Positions 1-12,563 of a stretch of 64,000 nt of DNA are shown piece by piece; the first letter of the stretch is position 1; every line of letters begins with the position of its first letter. Made by a program: the position numbers and the translations under genes. The notes under the pieces are model-generated. The model was not told the origin of the DNA, searched no databases, and saw only the letters and a program-made list of their open reading frames with translations. Source of the stretch: Bugula neritina (Eukaryota; Animalia; Bryozoa); assembly GCA_964035545.1 (NCBI GenBank), contig OZ037768.1:15607875-15671874 (forward strand). Reading direction: 5' to 3'.

Positions 1-1786
1 ACCAAGTCAGCACAGAGACTCACGCGGTCGCCAATGGAGCCCGCGGCCCTGTGCTGGGGGTGCGGCAATCGAGGCCACCTCTGCATAGAGTGCCCCCCAG
101 AACAGGAGGGCGTTAAACTACCACGGCCCGCGAACACCTTCCTTCCACGCAGGCCAAAAATAAAGGATCACAGGGGAGCATACCGCTGACTATCTGTACA
201 GACGCGACGGTATGCCCCTCACGAATGGCAGGTACAACGTAGGACCAGCCGACCGGAAAAGCGGCCAGGTACCTTTTTCCTGCCACTCACCAACCATTTT
301 CACCAGTTACTAGAGGAGGAGCCGACCGCTGACGTGGCACCAGAAGGCCAGGCGGAAATTTCAAACCCTCCGAGGCGTAAACCTAGCCAAAGGGGGCCTC
401 GTAAGCTACGGGCTGATCACCCGAAACCTTATCCGGGTAAAACTGAACATGCGGGAGGGGCGAAGGCACAACCACACGAAGATAGTTATTTCCTACCGGG
501 TAAAGTGGCGGGTAGAGCTGTCACTTTCCTGCTAGATTCTGGTTGTACTACGAACATTCTCAGCCGCAGAGTTTTTGAGGCTCTTTCCCGCCAAGATAGG
601 AGCAAAGTACAGCCATACACGGAAGAACATCGCACCCTAGCAGACGGGTCATGTATCCCCTTCCACGGTATCGTAGAACTCACTGAGCGCGTCCGGTAAG
701 AGGCGTACAGGTAGTATGGAACTGTACCATACCAGGATGCTACCGGGCTACTATTCACTGCAGGGTGAACAATAACTGGATTTCCGGGCTAGGGGTAGTA
801 GAAGGTGCTCATGAGAGTATCCAGCTCGCCAGCAGCCTAAAACAGTTGACTGCGGGAGGAGAGATCTCAGTGCAGTGCGTAAATCCCTTTACGGAGTCGG
901 TAAACTTACCAGCAGAATCTATGCTGTGCCGTTTCTACTCTGTCCAGGAAGAGGACGTGGGACCGTCGCTGGGAGATGCCACGGAAGGCCCCCCCAGCAC
1001 CCGCAAAAAGGGCGGGGGACTGTTCCACCACACATCAAGGAGTTGTACGAGACGGCCTGTGGTGGCTGCGCGAGCAACGAGGAATGCCAGGTTATGGCGA
1101 AGTTGCTACGCGAATACGGTGATGTGTTCAGCAGCGGAGAACATGACGTGGGACTGACCGGAGCTGTCAGACACGAGATACCGCAGACTGCAGAAACAGT
1201 CACTATTCGGCAACCCACGCACAAGTTGGGGCCAGAGAAGAAGAAGGAAATCAGCCGACAAGTTCGGGATTTTCTGGATCGCGGCTTCATAGAGCCAGCC
1301 CATAGTGCATGGAGCTCGCCGGTCATTTTGGTCTGGAAGAAAGACGGAAGTTGGCAGTTCTGTGTGGACTACCGCAAGCTTAATAGCGTGACCATACAGG
1401 ACGCCTACCCTCTACCTCGTATTGATGAATCCTTGGACACCCTAGCCGGTAGCAAGTACTTAAGTACATTAGACTTGTTGAGCAGTTGCTGGCAGGTCCC
1501 TCTGAGTCCCGATGCCCAGAAGAAGGCGGCGTTCATCACGCGAGATGGATTATGGAAGTGGAAGGTGCTGCCATTTGGGCTGACCTCTGCCCCAGCCACC
1601 TTCCAGAGGCTGATGGAACAAGTCTTCAGCGGACTCCACTGAAAGACATTGCTGATCTACCTTGATGACATCATCGTGATCTCCCCTGACTTCCAGACAC
1701 ACATCAGTCGTCCGAGGGAGGTTTTCGAAAAACTCAGAGGTGCTGATCTGAAGCTGAAACCTTCCAAGTGCACTCTGTTGCAGCCC
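1..1786 (+). mobile_element. Gypsy LTR retrotransposon fragment A1 (gag CCHC end, protease, partial RT; decayed)
   Basis: CWGCGNRGHLCIEC knuckle at ~50-95; FLLDSG protease motif in ORF 334-699; RT motifs FCVDYRKLN, PFGLTSAPATFQ and YLDD; internal deletion near 700, frameshifts and a stop at 1640; ends abruptly after PSKCTLLQP. Confidence 0.92.
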
Positions 1787-2082
1787 GCCAAGTGGTCGAG
1801 GAGCATGAGGAGACCACCCCACTTCCAACTCCACAGGTAGCAGCAGCTGCAACTAAATCACCCGAGCAGACGCAGCTCACCATGTTAATAGACATGATGA
1901 AAGGCCTGCAGGCTACGGTGACGAAGTTGCAGAGCGAACAGGCGGATAGGCGGGCTCCCCGATCACGGGACAACCCTGTCCGCCCATCTCTGCTAACCTG
2001 TTGGGGGTGCGGGGCGCAAGGGCACGTGAGGAGGCACTGCCCTAAAGGCCAAGGGCCTTTAAACACCCAAGGCTCACGGTAA
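1787..2082 (+). pseudogene. gag: gag C-terminal part with CCHC zinc knuckle (element A2)
   Basis: Translation QVVEE...CWGCGAQGHVRRHCP...LNTQGSR*, homologous to the Gag C-terminus of element B. Confidence 0.85.
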
Positions 2083-2101
2083 CTTCCGCCAACCGTGGGC
2101 C
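2058..2101 (+). promoter_or_regulatory. -1 programmed ribosomal frameshift signal (T TTA AAC + 6-nt spacer + 10-bp stem-loop)
   Basis: Heptamer 2058-2064 in gag phase; stem GGCTCACGGT/ACCGTGGGCC; the -1 frame is open from 2058 into the pol ORF. Confidence 0.8.
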
Positions 2102-5100
2102 TCACGCCAATCCCATCCGGGATAGGACTCGGAGAGGAGAAGAAGAGACCTCCACAGGGTCTGCCGATACCGAGTGGCAGAGGCCACGGAGATCTCGGAG
2201 ACCGCAAGGTCTACCCGATCCTCCGGCCTGGCAACTCCAGAACCGGTTCGCGGGGTTGCCCGAGGAGGTTGTGGAGGAGGATTCAGCTTACTCGCAAGAG
2301 TACCCCAAGCTACCCTCCCGACCTCAGAAAACCCCCGTTGTCTCTAAGACGAAGAGGAGGCCCGCTGTGCGGACCCAAGTTGTGTCTCCCCACGAGACTG
2401 ACCGCTCCAGGAGCACCCAGCCATATGGAAGCAGCTACTTCCTGCCCGGAAAGATTTCGGGTAAAGCTGCCACATTCCTACTGGATACTGGGTGCACTAC
2501 CAACCTGCTGAGTAGGCGTCTCTTTGACACTCTTGGTGCACGAGAGCGGGCGAGCCTCGAGCCGTATGAAGGTGCGCATGGTACGTTGGCGGACGGATCA
2601 TGCATTCCTCTCTACGGCGTCATTTCACTACCTGGACGCGTCCGTGATCAAGCAATTCACGAGACGTTTATAGTCAACCAGCTGAAGGAGGACGCCATCC
2701 TGGGAATGCCGTTTCTGGAGAAACACCAGTGTCACATGGATTTCCAGAAGTCAGTGGTGGTGATGGCTGGGAAGGAGCTTGTCTGCGTCGACAAGTTCGG
2801 AAGACCCTTGGTGGGCGGAGTCCAGGTAGTGCGGGACTGCACGGTTCCGGGGAGATCTCAGGCGACTCTTCGCTGCAGAGTCAACTGCAAGGGGATCGCC
2901 GGCCTGGGGGTGGTTGAGGAAACGCACGGAGCGACCCGACTAGCAAACAGCCTGAATCGGCTAAATTGTCGGCAGGAGCTCCTCGTGCAGTGCATCAACC
3001 CCTTCACGGAACCTGTCCGATTATCGGCCGGAACGCTGGTGGGGAAGTACCACTCCATCCAGGACGCGGATGTGGGTCCGGCACTGGAAACAGTGGCCGA
3101 TACCCAGGGAAACCCCCCTCGCACCAGCCGAGGAGCAGTCCCGGAGCATATGGCTGACCTGTATAGTGGAGCATGTGGAAACTGTACGAGTAGTACTGAA
3201 CGCCAAGTACTGGCTCAACTACTTGCGGAGTACAGTGATGTCTTCAGTCGTGGCGATGAAGACATGGGGCTGACTAAGGTTATCTCCCACGAGATACCCC
3301 TGGCAGCCGGCACCACTCCCATCAGGCAGCCTACTCGGCGTCTAGGCCCGGAGAAGGAGAAGGAGGTGAGCCGACAGGTACAGGATCTTCTCGACCGGGA
3401 TCTAATTGAGCCTTCCCACGGTGCGTGGAGCTCTCCAGTAGTCCTGGTCAAGAAGAAGGATGGTAGCTGGAGATTATGCGTGGACTACCGCAGACTCAAC
3501 AGCGTTACCATCCAGGACGCCTACCCTCTCCCACGGATAGATGAGTCTCTGGATGCCCTCGCGGGTAGCAAGTACTTCAGTACTTTGGATCTGCTTAGCG
3601 GGTACTGGCAAGTACCCCTCAGTCCTGATGCCCAGGACAAAGCAGCGTTCATCATCTGCGACGGACTCTGGAAGTGGAAAGTACTGCCATTTGGACTAAC
3701 GTCCGCTCCGGCAACTTTCCAACGGCTCATGGAGCAGGTCCTCAGTGGGTTACACTGGAAGACCCTCCTCATCTATCTGGACGACATCATTGTCATCTCC
3801 CCAGACTTTTCGACTCATGTCAGTCGTCTGCGGGAGGTCTTTGACCGTCTCCGGGCAGCTGGGCTGAAGCTGAAGCCCTCCAAGTGCGCACTTCTGCAGC
3901 CGGAAGTCACACACCTGGGCCATGTGGTTGGCCGTGATGGGGTCGCTACCCATCCCGAGAAGGTACAGGCTGTGAAGGAGTGGACTGTCCCCCGTGACCT
4001 CCCCGAGTTGCGCGCATTCCTGGGCCTAGTAGGGTACTACCGGCAGTACATACCTGGCTTCGCAGGAGTGGCCCAGCCGTTAAATCGGCTGACCGCCAAG
4101 GGGTCCGGTGGCAGTGGACGCAGGAGGAGCAGCAGGGATGCCCTCAAGGTCAGTCCTGATGGCCTCCTGATGACAACGTTAGCAGCAGACAACCGCCAGC
4201 AGGAGAGGGACCGCGTCGTCTGTCCACGCGCTCTCCGACGGGAACTGATCTGGGACACCCATAAGCAGGCTCATGCTGGAGTCAGTCGGGTCATCAGGTG
4301 TCTGCGGCTGCGTTGGTATTGGCCCGGGATGATGCGGGACGTACGACTGCGGGTACGGCAATGCGAGGTCTGCCAAGCTAGCAAGCATGGCCGCCCCACG
4401 AAAACCACTGGTCGACGCCGGCTGTACGCTGGTCGACCGTGGCAAGTAGTGGCGGTAGACCTCGTCGGGCCTATGCCGTTATCCGCCAGAGGAAACACCT
4501 GGATACTGGTGCTCACGGACCACTTTACCCGGTGGGCGGATGCTCTGGCTATTCCAGGCGCAACCGCCCCCACGGTGGCCCGGACCCTGGACCAACATGT
4601 GTTCTGTTACCTCGGTTTGCCCGAGCAGATACATACGGACCAGGGCGCCCAGTTCCAGTCCCAGCTCATGGGAGACCTCTGCCGGATATGGGGGGTGAAC
4701 CAGAGTCGGACCACCCCATATCACCCGCAAGGGAACGGAGTCGTCGAGCGGAACAACAAGATGTTGGGGGACGCGCTCCGGAGCCTGCTCCTTGGTCGAG
4801 GTCAGGAAGAATGGGACGTGGTGCTGCCGCAGATCATGCGGGCCTACCGCAGCACACCACACTCCGCCACGCAGGAGACCCCAAACTTCCTGATGCTAGG
4901 CCGAGAGACGCGGGTCCCGGAACACCTGACATACCATGTTCCTGCCCCCGAGTCACTGGTACACAAATATGTGGAGGGTCTGATGAACATCATGGGCAAA
5001 GCTCATGATGCGCTGCGCACCCAGCAGTGGCAGACCTGCACAGAGGACTCAGAGGAGCCCCCGTTGTACCAGGTGGAAGACTGGGTCTGGATGGTGAGCT

Positions 5101-5207
5101 ACCGTAGGCGACGCGGACAGTCGGCTAAGCTTCAGCCCAAGTTCGTCGGTCTCTACTGCGTAGTGGAGGTGCTGCCCAACCACACATACCGTTTGAAGCG
5201 CTCTTGA
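2058..5207 (+). pseudogene. pol: Gypsy pol (protease-RT-integrase) lacking RNase H
   Basis: FLLDTG; YLDD; HHCC (THKQAHAG...CEVC), DLVGP, TDQGAQF, VERNN integrase motifs; RNase H absent relative to element B; stops at 5205 and 5220 truncate the C-terminal tail, whose remnant runs to ~6313. Confidence 0.88.
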
Positions 5208-6496
5208 CAGGTCTCCGTCTAGAGCGAGCAGCGCCTCAAACCTTACCATGCCAGCCCAGACGCAGTTGGTCAGGCTCCACCCCTCCTGGAGCCCCACCGT
5301 CAGCCCAACCGTCGAGGACAGGCCACCCAGCCCCAAGAGGTGGAAATTATGGTTCCCAGAGAGTCGGACCAGGAGCAGGCCGCCTTGATAGAGCAGCTGG
5401 AGCGACAGCAGAGAGAGGAGCGGGAGCGAGAACAGCGGCAAGCCCTAGGACCACCACCCTCCCTGGGGAGGACACCCCCACCCCCGTGTTGGGTGAAGGC
5501 GGGGACCCCCCTACTAGGGTAGCCCAGGAGCCACCAATACCACCGGTGCCTGTTCCAATTGAGAGGAGCCAGCGGTCAAGAAGACCCCCCAGGTATCTGG
5601 CAGACTATGCTGTAGGGCACCTGGAGTGGCCCCCTCATGAGGACAACCCACCCAGTACGGACGACCACCCCATCTTGGCTGGAAATTCCCTCCATCACTC
5701 CGGAGAATTCCACCAAGAAGAAGATTTCACACAGCTAGCACGTGAGTTACAGCTTAAGTTGAATTCTAATCCTGATACCCCTAAGTATAATTTAAACACT
5801 GATATTCAGACACTGGCATCAGCTATGGGAATTACCTCGCCAGATACCCAAACAGAGGAACGTAAGGATACCGAGGAGGCCAGTCGATCTGACTCCCCTC
5901 CCCCACCAGCTCCTGTTTCGGCTCCCCACAGCCAGCAGGACGACACCCCCTCTTCCGAGGTGTGTTCTGCCAGCGTTAGTGGCCCTGACCCCGAACCGGT
6001 TGAGCTCCAGCTCACAGCTGGGGAGGAGCAGGGCACTCTATACGGCGACCACCTCGCAGGCAGAGACGAAGAGGACTCCCCAATACTGGCAATGCCTCGG
6101 GCTCTGGTCGCCCGCCAGTATTGGATATCTGGAGCACCAGGCAGCCAGATAGAAGAACAGACTCAGCCAACCCACCCACAATTGCCCCGTCACGGACAGA
6201 GTATGGCACTTCCTTACCGAGAGTGCGTCCTGGATAGTGCAATCCAGGCCTGGTCCCGTATCCTCGACCCATGTACAGAAGGGATAGAAAGCCTGGTGCA
6301 CCACCTCCAATGATAAAACCGGACAACTAGGGGCCGCTGGCAATAGCCACCTGAACTGTATATCTTCTCTTGTTACGTGTGATTAATCATAATACTTTTC
6401 TGTTAACCGCATATTTTTCTACGTTTGTGTTTCTTTTTTTTTTGTGGAATCATTGTTTTGTTATCGAAAAGGGGATGCTTTTTGATGGGGAGAGAA

Positions 6497-7064
6497 TGTG
6501 ATAGATTCTCATCCTCTACTGTAACTGCGTGTGTCAGTATTATAATTACTGTTGCGTATATTTTGAATGCTGTAATTGTAGCTAAGTTGGGCTAGCTTTC
6601 TAATGCCCTATTATTGTGATTGTTGTTAAAGCTTTCAGTATAATGTAATTTTCATGAAATACGCGTTTCCAGAGTTATTTTCCCTTTTTGCTATTTTATC
6701 GTTTTGCATTAATACTGATACTGGAAATTTGTGTAGCTTTTATGAATGCCTTCAATAGGTTGTTATTATAGCTAAATTCTTGGCCTATTGAATGATTCAT
6801 TCTCCTTTGTCTATTTTTCTTTTGTTACTGTCAAGCTTAACTTTCTTTTGTCTGTTGGAACATTCTAGATGTGAAATCTTGTGTATAAAAGCAGGCGAGT
6901 TTCCAGTGTAGATTCAGACTACTACTGGAGCTCGCTGGTAGTAGGACCACATAAGCTGTATCTGATGCAAATAAAGTTTATCTTTCATTCGTATTCAAAT
7001 ACTTAGCTTATTCTCTCTAGAGCATGTAGGCACTAGTTGCATTCAAAACCCACAGTTTACTACA
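6497..7064 (+). repeat. 3' LTR of element A2 (568 bp)
   Basis: Starts TGTGATAG right after the PPT and ends TACTACA followed by ATAT; TATAAAA ~6884, AATAAA ~6970; 3' part homologous to solo LTR 32055-32476. Confidence 0.85.
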
Positions 7065-8851
7065 ATATGCAATAAATCAATGAACCATAACATAGCAAAA
7101 TGTACCTATATTGTATTATATTAGATTACACCTCGTTATACTACAATATACCATACTACAGTATACTATAATGTGATATGGCATGTCATAGGACACTATA
7201 ATATCATAATATACCACAAAATTCCATATACACATTACACTATATCCCCACTCACGCAGGGCCACGAAGGTGAAAGATGACCATACCAAATACACTATAG
7301 TAAGCCATTATAGCATGTCATAATACACTATAATATTGTAACATGTCATAATAAATTAGGGGAGAGTGGGGCTGGTGGAGCTATGGGTCAAGTTGAACCA
7401 TATGCTCTAAATTTTCTCCTTTAAATTATTGCAGTATTTTACCTCCTTTACTTAAGAGCTTTCTAGGTCAGCCACCAGATGTTTTTAAATACCTATATAG
7501 AATCAAAAAAAAGGTTTTCAGATGAGCTAGTATTTTTCACATATTTTGCATAAAATTGGCAATTACTTTCTTCAAACCTATGTTCAAAAATGCAAATTTT
7601 GGTTCAGCCAGCCCTAACCAGTCTTCCTTTCACTAAATAAAAGTCATGACTTCCATAGAACTGAGACATACTCCAGTAGTTCCTTTCTTTCACACACCTC
7701 AGCTCATGACACCAAAGCTCTGTGTCCACAGCAAAATAGCAAACACCACCAATCCTACTGCAGTTCCTCATAATGAAAGTACATCAAACAGAACATATAT
7801 TTTTCTTTCAGATGCTCACAGGTCGACCCTCATACAATATGGCAGTAGACATTGAGATTATACTAACTGTAATTAATTGGAATGCCAGTGAAATTTCTTG
7901 CTCTCATCAAAACAAACAAAGTTAACCAACGTGCCTATAATTAGAAAACCATTGCACTAGTCATGTATATGTAGCTGTTTTGCTTTTATGGCTATGACAA
8001 ATTTGCACACGACAGTCAACATGATTTCCTCATGTGTATGATTTCACTATGACTAAGTTATATAAATAGTTTTTTTTACACCATCAGCTTCCTGAAATGA
8101 TTCATTCATTGAAGAATATTTTACTCTCAGCTCTCATTCTACGCTACACTTTCAGTCAGCTAACATGTAGCATAAACTGCTGAGTAACTTTTCACTTATG
8201 TTATATTAAATATTTTGTTGCATTTAAATCAATATTGTCAAAGTAGAGAATAAATACCTACTACATTAACATCAAAGTTATAAGCTTCATTCCTGGATGG
8301 TCTAACAAGGTAATTATTGCTATTGTAGTATTTTTGACAATCATTTATGGCATTTGTATTATCCTTTTTTTAATATCAATTTTAATAATTTAGATGGTGT
8401 ATACTGATTTTTATAGCAAGACTTGTTCTTTACTTGAAGCTTATTAGTTAGTGTCAAATTATCACTGATAAAAGTTTTATCACATATTATCATTCATTAT
8501 GGCATATTCACAATTTCATTAATTGTAGTTTTCACGACAGTTTTACCAATAAAACATCAGTAGAGACTGAAGACCACATTGTGCCTGTTTACAAACCAGG
8601 GATGATAGTTTACACTAACGATAGGAAAATGCTTTACTAAAACTGTATTAAACCTTATAAATATGTATTTAAATTGAATTGAATCAAAGTTGCTTATAAT
8701 AAACTACTGAATAATTGTGTCAATAACAAGATTGAAATCCTCAAAATTGATTAATTCAATGTTGCAAGATTCAAGAGTCAACATTGAAAAAGTGTTCTTG
8801 GTAAGCAATTCAAAATTTAGCATTGAAAAATAAGAAAATGGAAAAAAATTA

Positions 8852-8999
8852 TCAAATTTTTAACAAACTGAATTTAGAATATTCAGCATCCTTCCGTGGC
8901 CAATGGTTGAAGAGGCAATCTGTGCTACTCAACTTGTTCCACAGAGACATAAAACTAACTAGTTCTTTACACTTCTGATAGGAAGTTGGTAGATTTTCC
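8852..8999 (-). CDS. ADAT1: tRNA-specific adenosine deaminase 1, exon 9 (terminal)
   Basis: Acceptor TTGTTGCAG, phase 2 matching exon 8; (R)ENLPTSYQKCKEL...FNHWPRKD...KI*, resembling the ADAT1 C-terminus. Confidence 0.8.
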
Positions 9000-10809
9000 C
9001 TGCAACAAACATTAAATAAAATACCTAGACATCCGTATCGCACCCGGTATATTATAATGCAACTGAAGTTAAAAAGTGAATTGATATGTTATTCAATGAA
9101 ACAGCCTGTATAGTCTGGAAGTAACCTCCAATTATGTTCCATTTATTACACAGGGGGGAGGGGAGGGGGGGTTTGGGGGGTGACAATTATACATGCTGAT
9201 AATTATAGATGCTCTCACTTTTTTGTTGTAAAAACCCTGAAATGTTTCTGTCCAATCAATTAGCCACAAAAGCTCTTCAAACTTTTGCAAGAGCTGTTTT
9301 CCCACAATTTTGTCCAAATCTGTTAAGTATTATCTTGAAACGATTGTAAGTAGTTTATTATATATACGTGCAAAAACTTTTGCAAATGATCCTAGATGTG
9401 TTTTCCACTTTCCTGAACTTAATTATTGTGATTTTTTATGAAAACATCTAAAAAAGGAGACCATATGAACACAAACAAACTAAGGAATAGGGTTCTTAGT
9501 TAATGCAAACATTATTATTGATCAGCTATGAAAAAGCCAAATTACAAGTAAGTCTATGTCTGATAATGATTTTCTTCACAATTTTAAATATCATAACTAC
9601 CTGCACAAGAAAGTAATGAGAAGCATGAGCAGGTTGATTTGGATTCTGAAGGATAATATTTTAAATTTGTATGATTGAACTTTGCCAATAAATTCAAGTT
9701 GAACTATATATATACATGTATACCTATAAAAAATTTGGTTTTTGAAACAATGCTATTGGTTAGAATGCATATTTTTATGCTATTTCACTAATGACTTTAG
9801 ATTCAAAATTATTTTAGCTCAGTTACAGTTACAGAAAAAATACCCGAATGCTTTGCTATAATTTAAAATATATATTATTATGTCTAAGCCACCCATTAAA
9901 AAATGATGTTGGGGTGCCATATGTAAAAATCATGGCCATGTGCTTTTTTCAAGTGTGCCATGCATTGGTCACAAAAAACAATTTCTTATTAGCAAATAAA
10001 AAAAGCTGCATTTAAAAGTGCTGCCTTTTTGTGTGAAACATGGAGTAAAAAGACTTTAGAAAAAGATATTGTTATAGTTGTTGCATTCGAGAAAACCTGC
10101 TTCAGCTGAAATTTTCCAAACAAGGCAGAATTCTCAAGAAAACAGAACTCAAATACTTACAATCAGGTCGATAGGAAGCAGATACACCAATGTGTTTACA
10201 AGTAAAATATCTTATGAACAACATAAGCGTAAGTGTGATAATTAAATTTCAAGACAAGCCGATGTTGTCATCTCATGTTTCACTATTTGCAAAACATTAC
10301 CTTTTACCAATTATATTTATTCACAGGGCATGGTAATTATAGTGTCATCCCAGATAGCCGCTGTCAGAGTTAAACATTTTGGTAGGGCCTACAATAGATA
10401 TTTTATGTGCAATTTATTTGAATATATCATTGAAATAAAATTTGAATAATTGCTTGTTATTTAGCACATAAATAAATTCCTTTGCTCTGCATTAGCTTAC
10501 TAGTTTTGCATATTTTATACTCTTTGTTGTTTGAAAAGATATTTTGTTAACAAGTATTCATTAAAGATAATGCCTATTAATTATATATTGCTATGTTTTG
10601 CCCCGAACAAATATTTGAAAATTAGAATATTATTCCAGATAATTCATGTTAGCTATTATAGCTATTAGCATATCAATCAGGCAATACAATGGTTATACAG
10701 GTAGATATAGGTAAATTACTACATTCCGTACCAAAATAAAAAATAGCAGCTAACGAGAGAGCGTCCAAATGGGAAGCATTTATCTGGGATGAAACCGTAT
10801 AAGAGGTAT

Positions 10810-11228
10810 TGTAGTGAATTTCACAATTCACTATATTATGGGGGTCAACTTAAACAAAGCTACTACACCAGGTTATTTACGTTATGACAAGTTTATTATT
10901 TACAAGATACAAGAAACTCTAATTACTGCTAACATGAATTGAAACGATTACATAATAAGTGAGCCTTTACACACAACTACTCTAAATAAAGTCCCAAGCT
11001 GCTCTGCCCAGCTAGCTACTCAGCGGGCTTCCACTACGAGTAGCTAGCTCCACCTGCTACCAATTAGCATATCAGTCCTGATTGGTTGTTACTAGTGGTG
11101 CCACTGCCGACCATAGATACAAGTCGCTGGAGGTCGATGTAGTCAATCTCCACAATAGCATACAATATAGAGTCGACCCCTTTCGATATAATAACTAACA
11201 GTCAATTGCACCATTGAAATCCATTACA
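10810..11228 (-). repeat. 3' LTR of Gypsy B
   Basis: Direct repeat of 18025-18443; purine-rich GGTAGGTGTGGCGAG precedes it on the minus strand. Confidence 0.95.
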
Positions 11229-12563
11229 CTCGCCACACCTACCGAAAGGTACACTCTATGATTAATGCTTGCATGACAACATTATAAAATAAAAATAAAA
11301 GATTAAAAAGTAGACAGGAATAAGAGAACACAAAATAGCATAATCAAAGTGATTTACATGACATTATTGGCCTATCGCAGGGTCGAAGTGTCTCTCACCC
11401 GATAATGTAAGGCAGCATGAACATAGTAGGGGAAGGAGATGTACTGTATCACATTCACATAGTACGAACCCAGCAATGGGTGGCGTCGGGAAGCCACCAG
11501 AAGCATGATGGCTACAAGTGCGAAGGAATCTCCGCAAAGGGGGAGAAAAGAAAGGGAGGTTGACTGGTCTCTTTCGAGAGGGTCGTGTCAAATACCAACA
11601 TCCACACTAATCACCGTCGAATTCCCAAAGGGGGGAATTTAAGGTTTCTTCATCTTGACTTTTACATTTAATTATTAACTTCATGCAGGATTCTTTAATA
11701 TTACTTGTTACTTATTATTATTATTACGATGTCGCTATGGCGAAAAGAAAGAAGAACTGCTCTGTCTAGTGGTATCCCTCTTTGCAGTATTATTACGTCG
11801 ATACGTCGTCGCTAGGACGAAAAGAGAGAAGAGCTATTGTGCCTGATTACATATCTCTTTGCAGTAGTGTTACGTCGATACGTCGTCGCTAGGACGAAAA
11901 GAGAGAAGAACTCTTCTGTTTAGTTGCCTCTCTGCACCGTGCTGTTGTGGGGCACCATCCGCCACGACAGTCACCAGAATTGCTATTATGGCGCTACAAA
12001 AATCAAGTCAAGCAGTCAGCATCGCAGTCGACAAATAATGTGATGAATGATGGGTGACTGCGCGACGGTGGTGCCAGGAGAAAGAAGTATGCTCCGCCAT
12101 TAAAGTCTCACCTGCAACAGAATGCCAGAAACTGTTGAAGGGGTTTTCACCTGGTCAGTACGACACCTCGACTGAGTCTCGCAATCTACTAACCACTGAT
12201 TATTATTAAATCATGCGGTCGACTGCCTCACTCAAGTCGTCAGTGAAATCACCTGACTTGGGAAACCAGCTTTATCGTTATGATAAAACGAGACTGATTT
12301 AAAGCTATCAGCTTGAATTCTATTTAAATAATAGAATTATACTAGTAGACTTACTATAGGACAGCCACGGCGTTAGTCTGCTGCCCACTTAGGCCACGTA
12401 GTACGCCAGCCTGCCAAGTACATGCGTGCACGTTGGCAGTTGAAATAGAAAAGAACGCTCTTCGCAGTAAAAGTGATTACATAATACTCCCTTCACTAGC
12501 GAGCTGGCTTCGCTCTTTTCTTCACCCCCGGTGGTGTTATATTTACACCACTGGGTAGGCAAC

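Larger units (their letters stand above)
1787..7064 (+). mobile_element. Gypsy LTR retrotransposon A2 (5'-truncated: gag C-terminus, pol, 3' LTR)
   Basis: Gag CCHC knuckle CWGCGAQGHVRRHC; pol PR-RT-IN; PPT GATGGGGAGAGAA 6484-6496 followed by TG...CA LTR. Confidence 0.92.

Noticed and set aside
5204-6313. env-like third ORF
   Set aside because: No signal peptide or transmembrane segment; it contains the frameshifted integrase tail motif RSRRPPRYL
7358-7620. pogo-like MITE beginning TAGGGGAGAGTGGGG
   Set aside because: No matching right TIR or TSD found
11790-11910. GTC-GCTAG-GAC-GAAA resembling hammerhead stem II, and a CRISPR-like repeat spacing
   Set aside because: No CUGANGA box upstream; the intervening sequences resemble each other (a tandem repeat); eukaryotic retrotransposon context with no cas genes
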